DNA from: an uncultured Verrucomicrobiae bacterium
Lineage (GTDB): Bacteria; Verrucomicrobiota; Verrucomicrobiia; Limisphaerales; Palsa-1400
Length of the DNA: 64,000 bases
Assembly (NCBI GenBank): GCA_963764165.1
Contig: CAVXRD010000002.1
Location: forward strand, 2,272,001-2,336,000
Reading direction: 5' to 3'
Under the pieces are notes generated by a model. It ran no database searches. It was not told the DNA's origin and saw only the letters and a program-made list of their open reading frames with translations. This document shows positions 58,439-64,000 of the stretch, in pieces (the first letter of the stretch is position 1; every line of letters starts with the position of its first letter). Position numbers and translations under genes: made by a program.

Positions 58439-59608
58439 TTAAATAAAGAAAACCTGCTCGATCATAGGCTCGGCCAGGAGGCGCTCGCTGCGGCCATCGG
58501 GATGAATGACGTTGAGGGCGCTGCCGTTGGTGCAAATGATCGTGCCATCGCGGGCGATGTCATAGGCCAGCACGACTGAAGCCACGACGGTGGTTTGCCC
58601 CGAGGCGTCGCGACGGCACAATTGCCACGAGCGAGGCACGAGATCCACGCCTTCTTCCTCGGGTCTGCGCGTCTTTTGGGCCTGCACCAGGTTTCCCCAA
58701 ATCATCATCTGTCGCATGTTCATCCGCCGCGTTTCTGCGCTCGTGTCGGTTGAAAGCTGGCGGCCTGTCAAAAGGGCGGAGAGCAAATTGAGGAGTTGAT
58801 ACAGGACGTTGATCACGCGGAACGGAAAGAGCACCATATCCTTCAGCGCGCGCAGGAAATTGAAACCGCCTCCGGGCGCATAGGGACGGCGAATGAAATA
58901 AAGACTGCCATCCTCGCGGCCCTGGGGCGCCAAACAATCGTGGCGCGAATCTTCGAGCAAGGTTGTTAGTTCGCCCGATTCCATTTCCAACTGCTGGATG
59001 CAGAAAGGCCCCAAGCCAGCGAAGTGTCCATTGCGGTCCCGTCCGACCCCGGCGGATTGAAAGAGAATTTTTTTCCCATCGCCAGGCGCCCAGCGGGGAG
59101 CGGTGTCAAATGAATCCCCTTCGGTCAATTCCGCCACGCCGCCCTCCCCGTGGACCTTGATTCCGATATTGGCGGTTCCATTTTCATGGAGCACCGCGCA
59201 AAGCAGATCACCGGTGACGGGGGAAATGGCGAGATGGCGCAGGCGGGTGCGATTGTCGTTCCAGAGGCGCTTTTCCTCCGCGCCCAACGGTTCGGATTCC
59301 AGGAGCGCGCAAAGGCTGCCGCTTTCAAGGGAGTAAAGAAGCCTGCCGCTTTCACTGCTGGCGCAAATGCTGGTGATGGAAAGCGGCACATCTTGCGCGA
59401 CAGCATCCTTGCCCCAAAGTCCCGCGCCAAAGGGCGAACTGCCGCCGGTGCTTTTCCATGAATGCTTTTGCTGAGCCCGCACCGCCTTTTCGCGCATGGA
59501 ATTTCCGTAGGCGCTCTCCACCGTCCGCGCCGGGGAAGAACCATTTTTGACGCGGACTTTGCCGTCAGCAAGATAGGCGATGGCTAATTTGGCTGGCTCC
59601 GCGCTCAT
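58439..59608 (-). CDS. Hypothetical TolB-like beta-propeller protein
   Basis: 'LTEGDSFDTAPRWAPGDGKKILF' and 'P..REDGSLYFIR' blade-like repeats. Confidence 0.65.
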   Translation of the reverse strand: MSAEPAKLAIAYLADGKVRVKNGSSPARTVESAYGNSMREKAVRAQQKHSWKSTGGSSPFGAGLWGKDAVAQDVPLSITSICASSESGRLLYSLESGSLCALLESEPLGAEEKRLWNDNRTRLRHLAISPVTGDLLCAVLHENGTANIGIKVHGEGGVAELTEGDSFDTAPRWAPGDGKKILFQSAGVGRDRNGHFAGLGPFCIQQLEMESGELTTLLEDSRHDCLAPQGREDGSLYFIRRPYAPGGGFNFLRALKDMVLFPFRVINVLYQLLNLLSALLTGRQLSTDTSAETRRMNMRQMMIWGNLVQAQKTRRPEEEGVDLVPRSWQLCRRDASGQTTVVASVVLAYDIARDGTIICTNGSALNVIHPDGRSERLLAEPMIEQVFFI

Positions 59609-59695
59609 TGGGCGAAAGTTGTAGCAATAGCCGAGTCAAATCGTCAACACACGATCTTATTTAAATTGCCGAGCGAGATGTCAGAAGAACGGGGT

Positions 59696-59847
59696 GACCA
59701 ACATGATCACATATTTTCGATTAGCCGCAATGAGCGCATATTTTCGGTTGTTTTATTGCGGAGGGCGGTGAAGAGCCTGGCGTGGATATCAAATCTGTTC
59801 GGTAGGGGAGCAAATGACCGCGCCCAGAATATCTGATTATGTTGGTC
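59696..59847. other. Inverted pair of dif-like recombination core sites (or a 152-bp MITE)
   Basis: GACCAACATGATCACATATTTT (59696) versus the reverse complement of 59826-59847, GACCAACATAATCAGATATTCT. Confidence 0.55.
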
Positions 59848-59869
59848 TTGGTCTGACCCGCCATAGAGT

Positions 59870-60844
59870 CTAACGCTCAAACCGAAACAAAAGCCTAAAA
59901 ATTTGATTCGTCGACCGATCTGAAAAAACCGAAACCGTGATTGGAATAAGTCCGGTCACGTTTGTCGAAACGGTTACTGGAAAGCCGATAAATGAAGAAT
60001 TAAGAGAGCCAACCGGAAAAATACCAGGTGACGGATGATCAGCAACAAGTCTGTAATGCGAGAAGCTACCCCCAATCGGTTCCGGGTTCCACCCGGGAGC
60101 TGCTATATTGGATTCCGCCAAGGAACAATAAAATTCAAGCGTCATGCCTGTTGCAGTAACGTGAGACAGATTGGGAGCCATAAATGAAAACGTACGGTTC
60201 GTTCCCATCGGAATCACTTGGCCGTCACTGACGGGATTAAAATCTACAGATAACCCAAACCAAGGCTTTTCTTCAACGATCCCAGACAAAGCATTTGTCA
60301 GCGATTCACGCATTTGAGCAGCAGTAATAATTCCGTTGGACTGCATCACTAACAAATTGCTTACGAGCGCCAAGGTATCAGGTGGGAGGTGGGAGAAAAC
60401 CGATAATTGATTCTGGAGGGACGCTTTTTCCGTTTTCAGATCCGAAATGATTTGGTCTTTCTGGCGGTTTTGTTCACGGGCTTCTCCCGTAACCTGAAGA
60501 ATGGAATGTTGATCATCCGTATGCTGTCGAGTCAGCGTATCGATTGTACCCTCCTGCTTTGAAATCTTGCCCTTGCTGGCGTCGACGCCACAACTGTGAC
60601 CGAAATAAAAAATGACCGACAGCAGAACACAGATTACCACATGCCCCCTTTTCAAAGCGGCTAATTCGTCCCACAGCCATTTGCGCCAATGCTCGGCTTT
60701 TCCAGTCCTTGCGGTCTCTTTGACAGCAAGACCGAAACTCTTGAAGCTGTTTTGCCAAGGCAATGCGTCGGGCTTCGTGACGTTCTGTCCTGATGGCGGG
60801 GCTTCCGGCGCAGCCGGCGGAGTAGTTGGTTGGCCTTCTGGCAT
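59870..60844 (-). CDS. Low-GC hypothetical protein (TM + coiled coil + beta-rich C-terminus)
   Basis: 324-aa ORF with one TM, a heptad-like segment and AT-richer codons. Confidence 0.6.
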   Translation of the reverse strand: MPEGQPTTPPAAPEAPPSGQNVTKPDALPWQNSFKSFGLAVKETARTGKAEHWRKWLWDELAALKRGHVVICVLLSVIFYFGHSCGVDASKGKISKQEGTIDTLTRQHTDDQHSILQVTGEAREQNRQKDQIISDLKTEKASLQNQLSVFSHLPPDTLALVSNLLVMQSNGIITAAQMRESLTNALSGIVEEKPWFGLSVDFNPVSDGQVIPMGTNRTFSFMAPNLSHVTATGMTLEFYCSLAESNIAAPGWNPEPIGGSFSHYRLVADHPSPGIFPVGSLNSSFIGFPVTVSTNVTGLIPITVSVFSDRSTNQIFRLLFRFER

Positions 60845-61154
60845 TCAAATACAGAGTGAACCTAATAGCCGGAGCGGTCAAACCGATAAAGAACCGCTGC
60901 CATAAGTATGCCCTTCGGCCGGAAAAGGTGTAACGTCTTGACGCAAAAACGGTCGGTCCCACATAATTACACATTTCGCTTTGAGTCATTTGCGCTTTCG
61001 GCAAAGTAGGCTTGACAACGATCCAAACAACCGCATATTCAGCCCCTCCGCCATCCATTTCATCGGCATCGTGATTCCCTCCCAAGGCCGTTTTCATTTT
61101 TTTTGCGAACTGATTCGATTGGCCATGCGTATGAAAACCGGTTAGAATGTCGAC

Positions 61155-61391
61155 ATGAGTTATGTTACGGTCGAGGTGGAAATCGAGCATGACGGCATAG
61201 TGGCCCGAGGGGTTGAAAAGCCACCTGAAAAAGCTAGCGGCCTTTTGACGGTTTTGCCGGTTGCGGGACTGAGCGCCGACGAGACGATCCCGCCTCGTAA
61301 ACGCGCCGAATTGCCGCTTATCCGCGGGGACGGCAAAACGCATCATCAACCGACCTCGGAGGATCTCGGTGCCAGCCTCTGGGGTAGATGA
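61155..61391 (+). CDS. Small antitoxin-like hypothetical protein
   Basis: 'MSYVTVEVEI..G', 'LPLIRG' and acidic tail; no toxin adjacent. Confidence 0.45.
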   Translation: MSYVTVEVEIEHDGIVARGVEKPPEKASGLLTVLPVAGLSADETIPPRKRAELPLIRGDGKTHHQPTSEDLGASLWGR

Positions 61392-61441
61392 ACAAGTTCC
61401 GGTTCCCCCTCGCACGAATTCTTTCGGCGAGAAACACGCGC

Positions 61442-62161
61442 TTATCGACTGCGCAGCTTGCTCAGGAGGCGAAGAATTTCCAAATACAGCCAGACGAGGG
61501 TCACCAGCAGGGCCATGCCGCTATACCATTCCATGTATTTGGGAGAGCCTTGCTGGACGTTTGATTCAATCACGGCAAAATCGAGCAAAAGATTAAAGGC
61601 CGCCACGCCCACAATGAGCAGGCTGATGCCAATGCCAATCGGCCCGGTATCGTGCATGTAAGGGATCGAGACGTTAAAAAAGCCAAGCACGAATTCCGCC
61701 AGATAAACCACGGCGATAGCTGCGGTGGCAATGATGATGCCCAGCGCCAGCTTATCCGTGACCCGCACAATCCGGGTTGCATAAAGGACCAGCATGACTC
61801 CAAACACCGCGAAGGTCAGCAAAAAGGCATTGGCAGCAATGCCCGCGTAGCGCAGGTTCATCACTTGCGAAATGGCGCCCAGGGCCAGACCTTCCAGCGC
61901 GGCGTAAAGAGGCGCCGTCACGGGTGTGGTCTTGGGCATAAATATCCCGACAAGGCAGACCACGAAACCTCCAAGGATGCCCGCCAGGAGGAAAGGTCCG
62001 TGCCACTCCGGAGTGTGCCAACTGAAGGCCGCGGCACCCAGGCAGATGAGAAGAAGGAAGCCACTCTTATTAACCGCCCCTTCCAGCGTCATGACGGATG
62101 TTTCAGTGCCGGAAGCACTCCAGGCTGCCTCCCGTTTCAAAAGCGGATTCGATGTGTCCAT
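61442..62161 (-). CDS. Bax inhibitor-1/YccA-family membrane protein
   Basis: 'MTLEG..NK', 'YAALEGLALG' and 'LLVTLVWLYLEILRLLS'. Confidence 0.92.
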   Translation of the reverse strand: MDTSNPLLKREAAWSASGTETSVMTLEGAVNKSGFLLLICLGAAAFSWHTPEWHGPFLLAGILGGFVVCLVGIFMPKTTPVTAPLYAALEGLALGAISQVMNLRYAGIAANAFLLTFAVFGVMLVLYATRIVRVTDKLALGIIIATAAIAVVYLAEFVLGFFNVSIPYMHDTGPIGIGISLLIVGVAAFNLLLDFAVIESNVQQGSPKYMEWYSGMALLVTLVWLYLEILRLLSKLRSR

Positions 62162-62295
62162 AAAAACAGGTTCTCACTTAAGCCCATCGAATCATAAAAT
62201 CAAGGAGAATCAGGAAAAGCCCGCGAACGAGGTGTGATTGGAAGTGAGTGAGGAGCGAGTCCGCAGGAGTAGCGCAGACACCTGGATGTTTATTG

Positions 62296-62370
62296 GACCA
62301 ACATGATCACATATTTTCGGTCAGCCGACATTAAGCGCATATTTGCGGTGGTTTGATTGCGGACGGCGGT
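62296..62370 (+). repeat. Direct-repeat copy of 59696-59769
   Basis: First 24 bp identical (GACCAACATGATCACATATTTTCG); similarity continues over about 75 bp. Confidence 0.85.
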
Positions 62371-62542
62371 ACATGGTCCCGGCGAGGCCATCAAATCTTT
62401 TCGGAAGAGGGAGGCTTATGGCCACATCTGCAACATGTGTTGATATTTGGCCAGTTCTCCATTGGCAAACTTCCCCCCGATGTCTCGCAACCACTGCCGC
62501 CGAAATTCTTGCCATCGCCAATAGCCGGCGTTAACTTTAAAC

Positions 62543-62860
62543 ATGCAGATTCTAATACGATTTCCAGACAAAGAGACCGAGCAGTTGGCGCTGGATACAC
62601 TGATTCCACGATTCTCCGGGAAAAGTTGGACCGCCGGCGAAACCGCTGTGCCGGCTACAGCGTTGGGATTTTTGGCGGAGCGTGGAATCAGATTCTCCGT
62701 GATTGGACCAGCTCCTTCCGAATCGGCCGCATCCAAGCCAAATCCTGAGTCTATCGACGCACTGCTGGCCCGCGCCGCGGAGGCTTTAAAGGCGGATTAT
62801 TCATCTGACAAGGAATTGACTGCTTTTACAGCTTTGGATGGAGTCCCATTCCATGCATAG
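62543..62860 (+). CDS. Putative antitoxin upstream of mazF
   Basis: C-terminal 'AAEAL.ADY..D.ELTAFTALDG'; overlaps the toxin start. Confidence 0.65.
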   Translation: MQILIRFPDKETEQLALDTLIPRFSGKSWTAGETAVPATALGFLAERGIRFSVIGPAPSESAASKPNPESIDALLARAAEALKADYSSDKELTAFTALDGVPFHA

Positions 62861-63190
62861 AGGGGAAATTTGGCTTTTGAATCTTGATCCGACGGTTGGT
62901 GCGGAATTCAAAAGACCCGGCCTGCCATCATCGTGAGCGACGATTCGATTGGGCTCTTGCCGTTAAAGGTGGTTGTGCCTGTGACGGACTGGAAAGATCG
63001 ATACGCGGTGGCGCCATGGATGGTTCGCGTTGATCCCAATCCCAAAAACGGCTTGAGCAAATCATCAGCGGCCGATTCGTTCCAAGTAAGGTCTCTCGCC
63101 GAACAACGCTTTATCCGGCGCCTCGGAGAAGTATCAGAGGATCAACTCCGCCAGATTGCAAATGCTTTGGCCGTTGTATTAAAAATCTGA
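62853..63190 (+). pseudogene. mazF: PemK/MazF toxin with a frameshift
   Basis: ATG 62853 gives MHRGEIWLLNLDPTVGAE, then a stop at 62934-62936. KTRPAIIVSDD...VVVP...DSFQVRS continues in the -1 frame. Confidence 0.85.
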
Positions 63191-63581
63191 GGTAAAAGCC
63201 TCCCGTCCCATTGGTAATTGGGGGCGCGGGATTTGTCTTTATATTCCTCTGCGCACTCATCTTCTCTGCGTGATAGTCTTTTTCCCTATAGTAGGCAGTT
63301 GACGATGCATGCGATTCCAACCTTGATTAAACGCAATCGCGCGCGGAGGGCGCAGAGTTTCCTCGCCAAATGAATCGGATTTGCCACTAATTCCACTGAA
63401 ACGTGGAGGAACCGAGAGCAAAGGGGGTGAATCGCCAAGGTAACGGGGGTGAATGCTGCCGGAACCGGGATGCCGACCCCACCCTCCGGGAATTACATTA
63501 GGGCCGGGAAGGTCTAGTTAAAACCGGTTTAGAAGCATCACCCCATTCTTTCTTGGTGCCACGGTGCCAGAGTAGTGTCGG

Positions 63582-64000
63582 ATGCAAAATTCAGTTTCTG
63601 CGTGGAGGGCGGGGATTGCCTTGATTTTGATGACTGCCGCGGCGCGGGGCGCGGTGGACGTCTTGACTTATCACAATGACAATGGCCGCACAGGGCAAAA
63701 TCTCAGTGAAACAATTTTGACCCCGGCGAATGTCAATGCGGGTTCGTTTGGGAAGCTGTTCACCTACCCGGTGGACGGCGATGTTTACGCGCAGCCATTA
63801 TATGTCTCCTCCCTCAATGTTCCCGGCCTCGGAGTCCACAATGCGGTTATTGTCGCCACCGAGAACAACAGCGTCTACGCCTTCAATGCGGACTCGGACT
63901 CAGGCACACGGGGCGGATTGTTGTGGCATGCCAATCTGGGAACCGCCGCGCGAACACCAACGCCCGATTTTGGAAATCGTTACGGTGGTTTCACCCAGAT
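63582..64000 (+). CDS. Secreted PQQ-like beta-propeller protein, N-terminal part (runs off window end)
   Basis: My translation gives a signal peptide, then [23 protein letters not shown]...FGKLF..PVDG.VYAQPL...[11 protein letters not shown]. Confidence 0.8.
   Translation, partial: MQNSVSAWRAGIALILMTAAARGAVDVLTYHNDNGRTGQNLSETILTPANVNAGSFGKLFTYPVDGDVYAQPLYVSSLNVPGLGVHNAVIVATENNSVYAFNADSDSGTRGGLLWHANLGTAARTPTPDFGNRYGGFTQ

Noticed and set aside
61143..61170. TTATGTTAC as a fifth dif-like site
   Set aside because: It is explained by the ORF start (MSYVT), and the other arm does not match.
60513..61415. 300-aa minus-strand ORF
   Set aside because: Overlaps two better-supported ORFs and intergenic sites; no recognisable protein features.

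Overview
Bacterial chromosomal window of moderately high GC. Gene content and protein styles (exosortase/EpsI pair, LRR protein ending in an 'RFYR' tail, Tat-exported Gfo/Idh/MocA, many REP-like palindromes) suggest Verrucomicrobiota, probably Pedosphaera/Limisphaerales-like; this is an inference. Core genes are lptD, lplT-lnt-aas, pgi, mnmG, dnaK, groES/EL, nth, gyrB/gyrA, hemB, carA, nuoA, glgX, pnp and rpsO. Accessory DNA includes a type II R-M system, several toxin-antitoxin modules (one frameshifted), a YhcG/DUF1016 remnant and many nested palindromic repeats. No tRNA, rRNA, CRISPR array, transposase or integrase was seen. Most notable signals: (1) four related dif/Xer-like core sites at 59.7-62.3 kb, two of them inverted around a low-GC orphan gene, like pdif modules; (2) a stand-alone ~245-nt structured non-coding element with its own terminator downstream of an isolated nuoA; (3) a shared motif architecture in the long leaders of dnaK, gyrB and rpsO; (4) a perfect parS palindrome inside mnmG; (5) a translationally coupled lplT-lnt-aas lipid-recycling operon downstream of a fadL-histidine kinase pair. 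All family assignments come from reading motifs, not from database searches.
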